Below the pieces are notes generated by a model that was not told the origin of the DNA, did not search any database, and saw only the letters and a program-made list of their open reading frames with translations. Both the position numbers and the translations under genes were made by a program. A DNA stretch of 64,000 bases, taken from the NCBI GenBank assembly GCA_000092065.1, contig CP000584.1; one strand, 5' to 3'. Positions 17,293 to 28,210 of the stretch are shown here, one piece after another. This DNA is from Ostreococcus lucimarinus (Eukaryota). How positions within the stretch are numbered: position 1 is the first letter of the stretch; each line of letters opens with the position of its first letter.

Positions 17293-19719
17293 ATGGACGT
17301 CTACATCAATAACTGGGGGCTCGCTCGCGACGCTGACGCCGTCGAGGATGTCGAGCGCACCTCAAGCGTCACAGAAGACGAGCGCGCCTCCCACGAGCGC
17401 GAGCCAATCCCCCGTGCGTTTACCGCGCGAACGAACACGCTCCTCACCGTCGATAGCGATGCGTTCGACGAGCGTGATCATCGCGGGCAACGATATTGCG
17501 CGTGGAAAACCGTGCGCGTGCTGCCGAATAAGGAAAACTTTCTCGAACAGCAATCCATGCGCGATTTATTGGCGCTCGGAGGCGCGACGGATGCGATCGT
17601 GCGCGAAGACGGATCGTCAAACGCGCCGAGCAAATCGATTGATTTCTTGGTGATGATGAATTTGGAGTGCGGGTTTCGACCAGTGGACGTCGTGCGTGCG
17701 ATGTTAGACGAGGCGGCTCGGCGAGGACGACTGATGGACGAAAACATCGCCGCTGTATTGGCGCCGGTGGATAGCGAAGACGCGGGGCGCGCGTTTCGTC
17801 AAGCCTTTTACACAAAACATGATGGCGTGAAGTCAGTCGTCGTACCCTACGAGTCTCGAACGATCTCAAGACGTACTGTGCTAGTGGCACGATTGGGACG
17901 CGCCATGGTGGACTTTGATGAATCGTATGATTCCGTCGAGGATTCCATCGACGATGGCGCGCCGAGCTTCATCATAATCGTGTTTGCGAGCGAGGGCGAG
18001 ACACCGACAAAAAACGTGTACGCGACATCACATACATTAGCTTCATTGATGGGAAGCGCGTTCGTCAAACGTGCACTCGATTGCGACGACGAGACAGAGT
18101 TTCGGCGCGCCGTCCTCGATTATGTGCGCGATAGCATCACCCCGACGGTCGCGTTTGATTGCGACCTTTCGAAGATTCGTCTCCCGTCTCGAATGACCCC
18201 TGGGCAAGGGATTATATCTGACATCAAAAGACGATGGCCTTCGTACGCCGCGGATTGGCTCGACGCATTTCGTGATAAATCGACTATGGTAAGATGCGCT
18301 AGTACGACGATCTGGATCGCAACGACAACCTTCATCCCGGCGCTTGCTCTTGGGCTTTCGATGCAATCCCAGAGCTCGCGGAGGATGACTCACGTTGACT
18401 TTCTACTTTCTGAGGCGTTGTCAAACGTTGCTTGGACCTTAATAGGCGGGCAAAGTTTGTTGATTTTGCGCGTCACGGGACCAACGAAGACGTTTCTAAC
18501 GATTTTGACGTATTGGGCAGACGCGCTACCCGTGGACTTTGTCAGATTTTCTAGTCTCGTCAACATCTACGCGGGTATCATGGTGATGCTGTTCGCTACG
18601 TTCAATGGCGCCGAGCTCGCGTTGGCGATAAATCGGTTTACGTCGGAAAACTTGGCCCTCTTCATTTCGGTGACGTTTGTGTTTGCGGGCTTCGACGCGA
18701 TGGCGACGATGAAAGCAAAGATTGGCGACGACGACGCCAAGTTCCTCAAATATTTCATCCTCCACCTCGGGACGGTTATATTGGCGTTCAAAATTTTAGA
18801 ATTCAGAAAATCGGCGAGCGTTCGCAAGACGGTGCGACTGATCGTCGCCGACTTTGCTCCACTCATGGCTGTCACCGCAATTACGGGGCTCTCTTACGCC
18901 TTTCCAAACGTTGCAGTGGATCGCGTGAACGCGGCGGCGGAGCACTTGCCACGTTGGCCTACCGCGGTAGATTTAGCTTTGAGCGCGCAGCACTGCGCGC
19001 TTGCCCTTGTACCCGCGTTGATGTTTGCCGTGCAGATCATTCTGGAAACGAATATTTGCGCCATGCTCGTCGCGAGACCGGAGAATAAGCTTCGTAAAGG
19101 CACGGCGTTCAACTGGGACATGTTCCTTATCGGTGGTTTCACGGTTGCGACCGCGTGTTTCGGACTGCCTCCTAGTGTCCCGGCTCTGCCACACTCGCAC
19201 CTACACGCGAAGCTGCTCGGTAACTCAGTCGAGAGCAAGCGACACGGGATCATTCGCTCTCGCGTGCACGGCGCAACGGAAACGCGAGTGACGAACTTTG
19301 CCGCACACGTTATCACGTTCATAGTCGTCGTGTGTTTTCGCTCAACGTTCGGACACATACCAATCGCTTCGCTTTCTGGTTTTCTCGTGTATATGGGCTT
19401 GGCGAGCCTCGGCTCGAATCAACTTGTCCGTCGACTGCCCGGCGGGTTTGGAAGCATTGTTCCCACAAAGTTTCTACGACGCGTGCCCAAACGCATCATT
19501 TACGCGTACACTGCAGTTCAGTTACTCGTCTTCGGTGCCATCTTCGCTTGTCGGATGTCAGCTTCGCGCGCTCCCGCCTTCGCGGCGACGTATCCCGCGA
19601 TTTTAGCCTTGAGCGTGCCGTTTTCGTTCATCGCGCTCCCGAGGATGCTGGGATCGTATTTTGCGCACGTGTTAACGACGTCAGCGGAAGAAGAGAATAT
19701 CGTTGGATTGTTTTATTGA
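17293..19719 (+). CDS. SLC4-family anion exchanger / bicarbonate(borate) transporter
   Basis: ATG at 17293 (track start 17257 is GTG). Cytoplasmic N-terminal domain followed by a polytopic membrane domain with HCO3-transporter-family features (LPVDFVRFSSLVNIYAGIMVMLFATFNGAE, FISVTFVFAGFDA, NWDMFLIGGFTVATACFGLPPSVPALPHSHLH, SLSGFLVYMGLASL). Confidence 0.6.
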   Translation: MDVYINNWGLARDADAVEDVERTSSVTEDERASHEREPIPRAFTARTNTLLTVDSDAFDERDHRGQRYCAWKTVRVLPNKENFLEQQSMRDLLALGGATDAIVREDGSSNAPSKSIDFLVMMNLECGFRPVDVVRAMLDEAARRGRLMDENIAAVLAPVDSEDAGRAFRQAFYTKHDGVKSVVVPYESRTISRRTVLVARLGRAMVDFDESYDSVEDSIDDGAPSFIIIVFASEGETPTKNVYATSHTLASLMGSAFVKRALDCDDETEFRRAVLDYVRDSITPTVAFDCDLSKIRLPSRMTPGQGIISDIKRRWPSYAADWLDAFRDKSTMVRCASTTIWIATTTFIPALALGLSMQSQSSRRMTHVDFLLSEALSNVAWTLIGGQSLLILRVTGPTKTFLTILTYWADALPVDFVRFSSLVNIYAGIMVMLFATFNGAELALAINRFTSENLALFISVTFVFAGFDAMATMKAKIGDDDAKFLKYFILHLGTVILAFKILEFRKSASVRKTVRLIVADFAPLMAVTAITGLSYAFPNVAVDRVNAAAEHLPRWPTAVDLALSAQHCALALVPALMFAVQIILETNICAMLVARPENKLRKGTAFNWDMFLIGGFTVATACFGLPPSVPALPHSHLHAKLLGNSVESKRHGIIRSRVHGATETRVTNFAAHVITFIVVVCFRSTFGHIPIASLSGFLVYMGLASLGSNQLVRRLPGGFGSIVPTKFLRRVPKRIIYAYTAVQLLVFGAIFACRMSASRAPAFAATYPAILALSVPFSFIALPRMLGSYFAHVLTTSAEEENIVGLFY

Positions 19720-20325
19720 TCATGTAATGCTACCACTCGCTAGTACTTCACCTGCACCTGCGTTGAAAGTACGCGTCAGTACGAGTTCAATCGAATCCCC
19801 GCACAAAAAAAATGGCGTCGACGGATGATTTTCGTTTGCTGCAGACAAATGCCTCTTTTATCGATCATGTGCTGTCGAAACAGCGCTTGCAGTCGCGAAG
19901 ACCGCGAGGTCGCAAGCTGTCAGATTCGTCATCTAATATTTTCGTCATCATCGCAAACATCATCCGTCCGTACGCGTTCAAAACAAAAACAAATGTCGCT
20001 TCGCCGCCGCAAAGACGTCGTCGTGACGACCCCGCCTCGCGCGTCGTCGAAGAATATCAATGTCCCTACTCACCCAAGGTGCGCAATCAGGTGAAGAATA
20101 TTGACACTCTGACACTGTGAGAGGTTTCGCGATCGCGTCCGTCGCGGGCAGAAAATCTTCTCGTCGGCGTGCGTTCAGAATCGATACCGTTCTTCAATGA
20201 CGCGCTCAGAAGCAGAACTGGCGTGTTTGCAGGTATTTATCATCGCGACGCAGCGTCGACGTCCCGCGCGCGTCGCGTCCCGCGCGCGCCTTCGTTCGCA
20301 TCGCGTCGCGTCGCATCACCCGCAC

Positions 20326-20360
20326 GCACCGCACCGCACCGCACCGCACCGCACCGCACC
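20326..20360. repeat. (GCACC)7 pentanucleotide microsatellite
   Basis: Read directly (gcaccgcaccgcacc...). Lies in the GC-rich region upstream of, or within the presequence-coding part of, lipoyl synthase. Confidence 0.8.
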
Positions 20361-20609
20361 CCGCGCGCGCCGTCGTCGCGTCGCGCGTCGCCTCGCCGGC
20401 GGCGGCATCGTCGACCGCGCGTTCGCGCCCTCGACGCCGCCGCGCGCGCGCGCGCGCGACGCGCGCACCGATTCACCGCGCGCGCGTCGCGCGTCGCGCG
20501 TCGCGTCGTCGCGCGCGCTCGAATCGGCGCGTCGTCGCGCGCGCGCGCGCGCGTCGGCGTCTGACGTCAAACCCTCGCGCGCGACGACGCGGCGCGCGCG
20601 ACGGCGGCG

Positions 20610-21815
20610 ATGCGCGCGCGCGAATCGCCGCCGACGACGACGGCGACGGCGCGTCTCGCGCGACGACGCGACGCGCGCGCGCGGAGACGCGCGCGCGCGA
20701 CGACGCGGGCGTCGAACGATGACGAGACGGAGCGCGCGCGGTTGGAGCGAGGCGACGCGTTCGGCGAGCTCGTCGCGCTCGCGGCGTCGAACGGGGTCGT
20801 CGTCGAGCGCAGAGTGGACGCGCGGACGGTCGCGGCGGCGATGTGCGGACCGACGGCGACGACGGTGGCGAACGCGGGGACGGGCGGGGAAACCATCAAG
20901 GGGCTGCCGCCCGGGTTGAAGAAACCGCCGTGGTTGCGACAGCGCGCGCCGAGCGGCGAACGGTTTGATTATCTCAGTGAATCGCTCACGGGGTTGAAAT
21001 TGAACACGGTGTGCGAGGAGGCGATGTGTCCGAACGTCGGGGAGTGCTGGAATGGGGACACGGGGACGGCGACGGTGATGTTGCTCGGGGATACGTGCAC
21101 GCGCGGGTGCCGATTTTGCGCGGTGAACACGTCGCAGACGCCGCCGCCGCCGGATGAGAATGAGCCGGAGAACACCGCGCACGCGATCGCGGAGTGGGGT
21201 GTGGGGTATATCGTGCTCACGAGCGTCGATAGGGATGATATTCCGGACGGAGGGAGCGAACACTTTGCGCGCACGGTTCGCACGTTGAAGACGATTAAGA
21301 GTTCGGTGCTCGTCGAGGCGCTGACGCCGGATTTCCAAGGTGATATGAACGCGGTGGCACACTTAGCGCGATCGGGATTGGACGTTTTCGCGCACAATGT
21401 AGAGACGGTGGAGCGATTGCAGAAGCGCGTCCGCGATCCGCGCGCGAATTACGAACAATCGCTCGCGGTTTTGCGTCACGCCAAGGCGTCCAAGGAAGGC
21501 TTGGTGACGAAGACGTCCATCATGCTCGGTTTGGGTGAAGAAGACGAGGAGATCAAGCAGTGTATGCGCGCGTGCAAAGAGGCTGGCGTTGATATTTTCA
21601 CTCTGGGACAGTACCTCCAACCGACGCCGCAGCACCTGCCCGTGAAGGAGTTTGTGACGCCGGAAAAGTTTGACTTTTGGAAGGCGTACGGGGAAGAGGT
21701 GATCGGTTTTAGATACGTCGCCTCGGGCCCGCTCGTGCGAAGCTCGTACAAGGCGGGCGAATTTTTCATAGAGAGCATGCTTCGCAAAGACGCTCTCGAT
21801 CGCGGCGAAACGTAA
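20610..21815 (+). CDS. LIAS: lipoyl synthase (radical-SAM LipA/LIAS) with N-terminal organellar presequence
   Basis: ATG at 20610. Both cysteine clusters are present ([13 protein letters not shown] and [10 protein letters not shown]). Further conserved blocks: [80 protein letters not shown]. Confidence 0.85.
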   Translation: MRARESPPTTTATARLARRRDARARRRARATTRASNDDETERARLERGDAFGELVALAASNGVVVERRVDARTVAAAMCGPTATTVANAGTGGETIKGLPPGLKKPPWLRQRAPSGERFDYLSESLTGLKLNTVCEEAMCPNVGECWNGDTGTATVMLLGDTCTRGCRFCAVNTSQTPPPPDENEPENTAHAIAEWGVGYIVLTSVDRDDIPDGGSEHFARTVRTLKTIKSSVLVEALTPDFQGDMNAVAHLARSGLDVFAHNVETVERLQKRVRDPRANYEQSLAVLRHAKASKEGLVTKTSIMLGLGEEDEEIKQCMRACKEAGVDIFTLGQYLQPTPQHLPVKEFVTPEKFDFWKAYGEEVIGFRYVASGPLVRSSYKAGEFFIESMLRKDALDRGET

Positions 21816-21865
21816 GCTCGAATAGGCGTTGTATTTCATTAAATTCATTTCGATACGCGCCGCGT

Positions 21866-22405
21866 TTAGTCGCTCTCCGAATCCTCGTCCGAGTCGCTCG
21901 AGTCCGAATCCTCATCACCACCACCGCCCGCCTTCTTCCCCGCCCCCGGCGCGTATCGATCGACCCCTCCGTCCGCCTCCAGTCTCGCCAAGCGCTGCTG
22001 CTCCCGTCGCTCGCGCACCAATCGCAACTTTTCCATCTCCGCCGCGAGTTCCTTTTTACTCTTTTGCGCCAAAATCTCATCCGCCGACGGTTCCTCGGGT
22101 TTCGGCTTTTCCCGCGGCGCCGTCATCGCTCGCAGATCCGCGTCATCGTCGTCGTCATCGCTCTCGTCCTCGTCCGAGCTGTTCGGCGGCAGCGATCCGG
22201 GCGCGGGTCGACGCGGCGCCTCGTCCTCCTCGCTCGTCTCGTCCTCGTCGTCGTCGTCGTCGCTCTCGTCGCTCTCGTCGCCGTCCGTCGCGTCCTCGCC
22301 GCGCTTGATGCGACGCCACTCCCTCTCCTTCGCCTCGCGCTCCTCTTGGCTCTGGCGATTGCCGCGTCCGCGTCCGCCGCGGCTCGGTTTATATCCGCGT
22401 CCCAT
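21866..22405 (-). CDS. PDAP1/PP28-like acidic phosphoprotein (casein-kinase substrate family), about 179 aa
   Basis: ATG at 22405..22403 (MGRGYKPSRGGRGRG) within minus ORF 21866..22942; the upstream ORF portion is artefact. Basic N-terminus, poly-acidic/Ser blocks, and a charged helical segment (KKELAAEMEKLRLVRERREQQRLARL) follow the organisation of 28-kDa heat- and acid-stable phosphoprotein. Confidence 0.45.
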   Translation of the reverse strand: MGRGYKPSRGGRGRGNRQSQEEREAKEREWRRIKRGEDATDGDESDESDDDDDEDETSEEDEAPRRPAPGSLPPNSSDEDESDDDDDDADLRAMTAPREKPKPEEPSADEILAQKSKKELAAEMEKLRLVRERREQQRLARLEADGGVDRYAPGAGKKAGGGGDEDSDSSDSDEDSESD

Positions 22406-22583
22406 TCGCGACGACGGTCGAGCGCGCGCGATTGTGGCGCCGCACACGCGCGCGCGGCGCGCGGCGCGGTCGCGCGTCGGCGCCGGCGCGTCGACGCGAA
22501 CGCGCGCGATGGCGTCGCCGACGCGGGCGACGCGCGCGACCGCGACGCGCGCGCGAGGGGCGACGCCGACGGCGCCGACGCCG

Positions 22584-24404
22584 ATGCGCGTCGTCGCGAT
22601 CGTCGTCGTCGCGACCGCGCGAGGCGCGATGGCGGCGAAAGCGCCGGTGGCGTACCCGCGGGCGCTGCGCGGATCGTTCAGGGGCGAGTGGTGGCTGGAC
22701 GGCGCGAGCGCGAGCGCGGCGACGACGCTCACGCGGGACGGTTGGCGACGGGGGACGTGCGCGCTGACGCTGCGGACGACGTTCGACGCCGATGCGCGCG
22801 TGCACGGCGTCGTCGCGGACGCGACGTTTCGCGAGAGCGAGTACATAGGAAAGGGAGACGCGCACGTGCCGCTGGAGGGGGTGTACGCGGAGACGACGGG
22901 GGGGCTGTACGCGCACGGCGCGGCGAAGACGACGAAGGACATGTTGAGCGCGAGAAACGCCAGCGATCGGGGGACGTGGCGGGAGATGAGCGCGTACAGA
23001 GCGAGCGTGCGGGCGGTGGCGAATGATATTTTAGAGGGAATGGTGGGAGGCTCAGAAACGGCGGAGGGACGGAACCCCGCGCTCGGGGCGCGGGATTCGT
23101 ACCGTCGCGATTCGGGAGTGGCGCGCGCGGGGAAAAGCGCGAGGGCGATGTTCGTCGGTGCGCACGACGCGGGGGTGTACCCGATGGTGTGTCAGTTTAA
23201 GTTACACGCGTACGTCACGCCGGGGTCGTATTCGCTAGCGGATACAACGCAAAAGAGAGACGCGACAGCGTTCGACGACGTCGACGTATTGGAGGCGCAG
23301 GTGGAAGACATGCGACCACTCGAGTTCGCGGACATGGCCGAGAAGACGTCCCTCGTTGGGAAATTCGTCAGCGAAAACTGTGGGTTGACCGTGCACGTCG
23401 CGTTAGAAAGTCAAAAGCTCGAGCATTGGTACAGGCAAGCTCGATTGTACTCGTACGCCATGATCGCCGCGGCGTTGGCACAAGGATACGTCTTGGGGAA
23501 ACAGATCGAGGTCGGAAGCACGCAGGCGGCGATGATGCGAATGTCGCTCGCTTCGATCGGCATGCGTTCGGTGGTTGACTCGTACCTTTGCCTCGCCCAT
23601 CTCACGGGTGGCATCCTCGTGGACGATTTATTCATGCCGCTGGCGCTCGTGGCGCTGTGCTACTTCGTGCTGTTTAGTATACTCGAGATGCGCCTGCTCA
23701 TCGCCGCGTGGCGCGCGCGCACGCCCGATATTACCAACTGGATAGAACTTCGAGTGAACCTCGGTGCGGTGTACTCGAGATTTTACGCCGGATTCATCTC
23801 GGGTCTCTTTGCGATGTATTGGCTCTCCGATCGATTCATCATCTTCTTGTTGCTCGCGAACTCGTATTGGGTTCCTCAAATCGTACGCAACGCCTACCAC
23901 AACCACCGACAAGCGTTGAAGCCTTGGTACGTTGTGACGACGTCGTTCATGCGTTTATCGGCGCCGCTGTACGTGCTCGGGTGTCCGTCCAACTTTCTGA
24001 AGATACGTCCGAACTACTTTCACTGCGCGGTGATGGTCGCGTGGACGACGGCGCAGACGGCGATGTTGCTCGCGCAGTATTACATCAATCCTAGATACGG
24101 ATTCCCCATCGGCATTTTCCCCGAAGTGTACGACTATCATAGGAAAGTATCCGAAGAAGTCCTCGCGCAGTGCGGCGTCGTCGATGAAGACGAAGACGAC
24201 GAGGCGCGCGAACGAGACGTCGAAATGGGCGACGTCGCCGCCGGTCCCGACTGCGTGATTTGCATGAATCCAGTCAAGTTCCGCGCCGTGCACGATCGCA
24301 TGGTGACACCGTGTAACCATTTTTTCCACACAAAGTGCTTGATGCGGTGGATGGACATCAAGCAGGAGTGTCCGACGTGCCGCGGCGCGTTGCCGCCGAT
24401 GTAA
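22584..24404 (+). CDS. TUL1/FLY1-type transmembrane RING-H2 E3 ubiquitin ligase (signal peptide, luminal domain, multi-TM, C-terminal RING)
   Basis: ATG at 22584 (MRVVAIVVVATARGAMAAKA = signal peptide) inside track ORF 22305..24404. A large luminal domain is followed by about 7 hydrophobic helices. C-terminal RING-H2: CVICMNPVKF...CNHFFHTKCLMRWMDIKQECPTCR. Confidence 0.65.
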   Translation: MRVVAIVVVATARGAMAAKAPVAYPRALRGSFRGEWWLDGASASAATTLTRDGWRRGTCALTLRTTFDADARVHGVVADATFRESEYIGKGDAHVPLEGVYAETTGGLYAHGAAKTTKDMLSARNASDRGTWREMSAYRASVRAVANDILEGMVGGSETAEGRNPALGARDSYRRDSGVARAGKSARAMFVGAHDAGVYPMVCQFKLHAYVTPGSYSLADTTQKRDATAFDDVDVLEAQVEDMRPLEFADMAEKTSLVGKFVSENCGLTVHVALESQKLEHWYRQARLYSYAMIAAALAQGYVLGKQIEVGSTQAAMMRMSLASIGMRSVVDSYLCLAHLTGGILVDDLFMPLALVALCYFVLFSILEMRLLIAAWRARTPDITNWIELRVNLGAVYSRFYAGFISGLFAMYWLSDRFIIFLLLANSYWVPQIVRNAYHNHRQALKPWYVVTTSFMRLSAPLYVLGCPSNFLKIRPNYFHCAVMVAWTTAQTAMLLAQYYINPRYGFPIGIFPEVYDYHRKVSEEVLAQCGVVDEDEDDEARERDVEMGDVAAGPDCVICMNPVKFRAVHDRMVTPCNHFFHTKCLMRWMDIKQECPTCRGALPPM

Positions 24405-25153
24405 AGGCGCGTCCGACGTCGTTCGCCCTTGTAATCCTAGCCTCTAGTCCTTAGCGAACCACCGCACAGCGACGCGCGCGCGCGACGCACCCGCGTCGCC
24501 GAAACCAACGCGACCGATGACGTCGTTCATCGGCGCCGTCGCGCTCTTCGCGCTCGGCTGCGCCATAGCCGCCGCGCTGCCCCGTCCTCTCGAGGAGGAC
24601 AAACGAACGTGGTCGAGAAAAAGCAAACGTCCCAAGAGTCCGAGTCGCGTCGGCCGCCGCCGCTGAGCGCGCGCCGGTCGAACGGTTCGACGACGCGCGC
24701 GCGAACGCCACCCCGCGCGCGAATCGCGCGCGCGTTCGAACGCGCACCGGAACGACGTCTCGCGTCTTCGCGCCCGCGCGTCACGCGCCGCCGCCGCCGC
24801 CGTCCGCGCCCTCGTCCTCCTCCGCGCACTCGTACGCGCACCCCTCGCGCCCGCGCGGGCGCGACTCCGCGTCCGCCCCGTTCGCGTCCACGACCGGCGT
24901 CCACTTGCGAAACGTCGTCTTCGTCTTCTCCGTCTGTCCCTCGCGCGTCTCGCCCTCGACCCACCTGTCGTCGCCCGATCGTCGCCGTCAGTCCTCGCGT
25001 CGCGCCGTCGCGCGCGCGTCGCGTCGCGCACCTCATCTCCCACGCCTTGACGCGTCCCTCGCGCGCGGCGACGACGTCGCGCGCGTTCCGCGCCTCGAGT
25101 CGCGAGCCGCGCGTGCTCATCTGTGCCGACGCCGCGTCGCGGCACTCGGCGGC

Positions 25154-25428
25154 ATGCGCGCGACGTCGTCGGCGCGCGCGTCGACGTCGACGTCGACGCG
25201 CGCGCGGGCGCGGGCGCGCGCGCCGCGCGGGCGCGCGCGCCGCGCGAGCGTCGCGAGGGACGACGCGTGCGGACGCGAACCGTTGCCGTGGCGCGACGGC
25301 GGCGACGAGACGCGCGACGGCGTGCGACTGGGGCACGCGTCGGCGTTCATCGGGTGGGAGGTGTACCTGGACGATGATCCGGAGACGCTCGTCGGGGTCG
25401 TGGCGGACGTGGCGGCGATGTCGGCGGC

Positions 25429-25466
<38 letters not shown>

Positions 25467-26944
25467 GCGGACGCGAAGACGAAGGCGAGGAAGCGATCGC
25501 GGGCGGACGCGACGCGAAGACGATGACGACGATGACGAAAACGATCGATGGAGATGATTTGAGCGAGGACGAACGGGTGTTTTTGTCGCGGTTGAACGTG
25601 TCGTTGTCCATCGAGGAGGCGTTTGATTCGGACGACGCGTTTGATTCGGACGACGCGTTTTTGCTCCTCGTCGAGGGATTGCACGCGACGTCGCTCGGTG
25701 AGCGACCGCTTCATTACGTTCCGTTCGTGCCGACGATGTTTCCTCGATGGATTCCGAACGCGCAGGCGTTGTTTCTCGATCCGCCCGCGGGGTTGCTGGA
25801 TCTGGCGTTGCGCGAAGTGCAACTCAACGAACTTCGCAACGATTTGTTGCCTTTTTGTCGTACGCTCGGTGCGGATGTGTATGGGATGCCCCAGCGTCTT
25901 TCGTTGATCAAACAAGACCAAAGGCAGCTCGTGAAGCGCGTCGAGGCGCTCGGAGATTGGCGCGAAGTCGCGTTGGAATTGGATTTGAAACCAGACGCCG
26001 CGCCGTGGTATTATTGGGACAACATAGATAATTTAGAAGATGCGTTGTTGAAGCTCGTGGACGCGTTTTGGTTCGAAGAAACGGACGGTGACGACGTGTT
26101 TTGGTATAACGACATCAGCGGTGCGCTGAGAGTGACACCCCCGACCGATGGCGACGGAGGCGGTTTAGACGTGCCGGTGATGCCGACCATGGGCAACTTG
26201 ATGGAGGCGAGACGCTGGGATTTGCACCACGCCGTCGTACTTCACGGAGGATACCGCGCGGTGGCGAAAGAGCTCGGATGGACACACGCGCGACGAATTG
26301 AAAACAGGCACTTGCTTTCCTTCGATGCGCTACGCGAGGAGATTCTTGAGCTCGTCGAAGACGAGTCGCTCGTCGAACTCGGCGTTCGTCCCGGACAGCT
26401 TCCGTGCGCGTCGCAACTCGAAGAGGTTGATCGAGAGGATTTGGTGAAATTCATCAAGATCCACGGCGGATTTTCCGCCGTTGCAAGGCGTTTAAAGCTC
26501 GAGCCTAGCAAAAGTGCTCGAGTGAAGTATCCCACGGTGACCGCTGCGGCGAAGGCGTTAAGAGCATTCGCCGTTGAGCACGACATCACGACGACGATGA
26601 GTCCTCGCTTGACTAAACGAGTCGTCGTCTTCGTGCCTTCCGATACCGAGCTCCGCGAGCACGGACGAAACGATTTGCGGTACGCCCTGCGACAATATTC
26701 CCCACACGTCATAGCCGAGGTTGGTAAGATGAGCTTGCGACAGTCGCGAATGTCGTACGTCGAGGCGAGAGCAGAGCTGCGAAAATGGAAGTTTGAAGTC
26801 GGCAAGCGCTCGGTATTCTTGAATTGGTGCAAAGCTGGGAACAAGCCGTGGAATATGCCAGCAGTTCCTCAAACTTACTACGCTAAAAGTGGCGATTGGG
26901 TGTCGTGGGAAGACTTCATGGGCCGCGGCGAATCGGAACGTTGA
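25154..26944 (+). CDS. hypothetical organelle-targeted protein with acidic tract and two to three Myb/SANT-like HGG[YF]xAVAxxLG repeats
   Basis: ATG at 25154 (MRATSSARAST..., Ser/Thr/Arg presequence) within track ORF 24905..26944. Acidic tract DEDEDEDEDEDDGGREDEGEE, with AFDSDD tandemly repeated at DNA level. Repeats: WDLHHAVVLHGGYRAVAKELGW and EDLVKFIKIHGGFSAVARRLKL. Trp-rich C-terminus: KPWNMPAVPQTYYAKSGDWVSWEDFMG. Confidence 0.4.
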
Positions 26945-27063
26945 TGAAAGTAAGAGAAATGTTACACTCTCTAGCCGCGGTAGCCGCGTGTACAAACAAA
27001 CTCAAATTCATAGTAGGTAATACGTTCAACACAGCGCCACAGCGCCTTTAGATGGCGCGACGA

Positions 27064-27960
27064 TTAGAGCTCGTCCTTCGGGGCTTCGGCGGCGCGTTGG
27101 ACGGAGCGCAAGAGGCCAATCTTCGGGGAGACGGCCGCGACGACTTCGTCCTTCTTCGTCTTACCCGCTTCGTATTGCGATTGGAGATCCTTCAAGAGCG
27201 CCTCCAAATCGTCACCGGCTTGCTTCATTTCCGCATCCAACGCGTCGATTTCAGCCGCGAGCGCATCCGGAGTCAACGCTTGCTTTTCCTTGATCAACTT
27301 GGTTTGCTCTTCGTTGCACAAGTCGATGTTTTCGGCGCCGCACGACGGGCCGAGGTTCTCGCTCGCCCACGTTTGGAGCGCCTCAAAGTCGCGGCCGCCT
27401 TGGTACGCGTCACCAGTCGCCGACGTGGCACCGGTGAAGTACTTGAGCGTCGGGTAACCTTGCACGCCGTACTTTTGGCAGAGGGATTCCTGCTTGGTGC
27501 AGTCGACGTCGCCGATGACGACGCCTTCGTTATCGGCGAAAGCCTCACCAAGTTGCTTCCACGCCGGCGCAAGCGCCTTGCAGTGACCACACCTGCGATA
27601 TCTCGAAACATCATCACCCGTCAGTCACCTAGAGTCACTCTCACGCCGCATCAACCGCGCATCGCGTCGCGACCGCCTCGATCGCGACAAGATGCGAGAT
27701 CGCGAGATCGAGATTGGTGTTGGTGGGCAATCGTCCGACGCAGCGACGAATCCGCCCCCCGTCGCGCGTTCGCCGCGCGCGGCGCGAAGCGAGCGATGTA
27801 TCGTCACCTACCAGGGAGCGTAGAACTTGATGAAAGCGCCTTTTCCGCCACCGACTTGGGAATCAAAGTTTTCGGTAGTGAGATCCATGGCGATCGCGTT
27901 CGCGCGACCCGCGAGCGCGAACGCGGCGACGGCGGCGAGGGAGAGCTTGACAGACGGCAT
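27064..27960 (-). CDS. ER thioredoxin/PDI-like protein (signal peptide, CGHC active site, C-terminal KDEL); spliced complement(join(27064..27592,27812..27960))
   Basis: Exon 1: ATG 27960..27958, MPSVKLSLAAVAAFALAGRANA...GAFIKFYAPW, ending in TG. Donor GTAGGT at 27811-27806. Branch GACTGAC at 27626-27620. Acceptor CAG ending 27593. Exon 2 opens G TGT GGT CAC TGC AAG, completing W-CGHCK, and runs to ...APKDEL-stop at 27064. The 219-nt intron is phase 2. Total 225 aa. Confidence 0.75.
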
Positions 27961-28210
27961 CGTGTGTTTCGTTCTTGTAGATTTGAGCGTGCGCGTGCGT
28001 CGACGAGATCGGCGCGTGCGTGAGTGACGCGCGTGCCAACGCGAGCGTGACGACATCGTGTCGACACGACGACTCGTATGGGGTTCAGTCTCGCGAGTCG
28101 CGTCGTCGCGTTCGCGAAACGCTCGAGCGAAGCGTTACGACCTACGAACGCATCGAGCGTTACAGTGAGAGCTATATGGAATCGTTCTACGTGCTAGGGC
28201 GTTCGTGACG

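Noticed and set aside
19812-20120. 102-aa ORF MASTDDFRLLQTNASF...
   Set aside because: A/T-ending codon usage unlike every supported gene in the window, no recognisable motifs, and location in a probable UTR. Kept only as part of the low-GC island finding.
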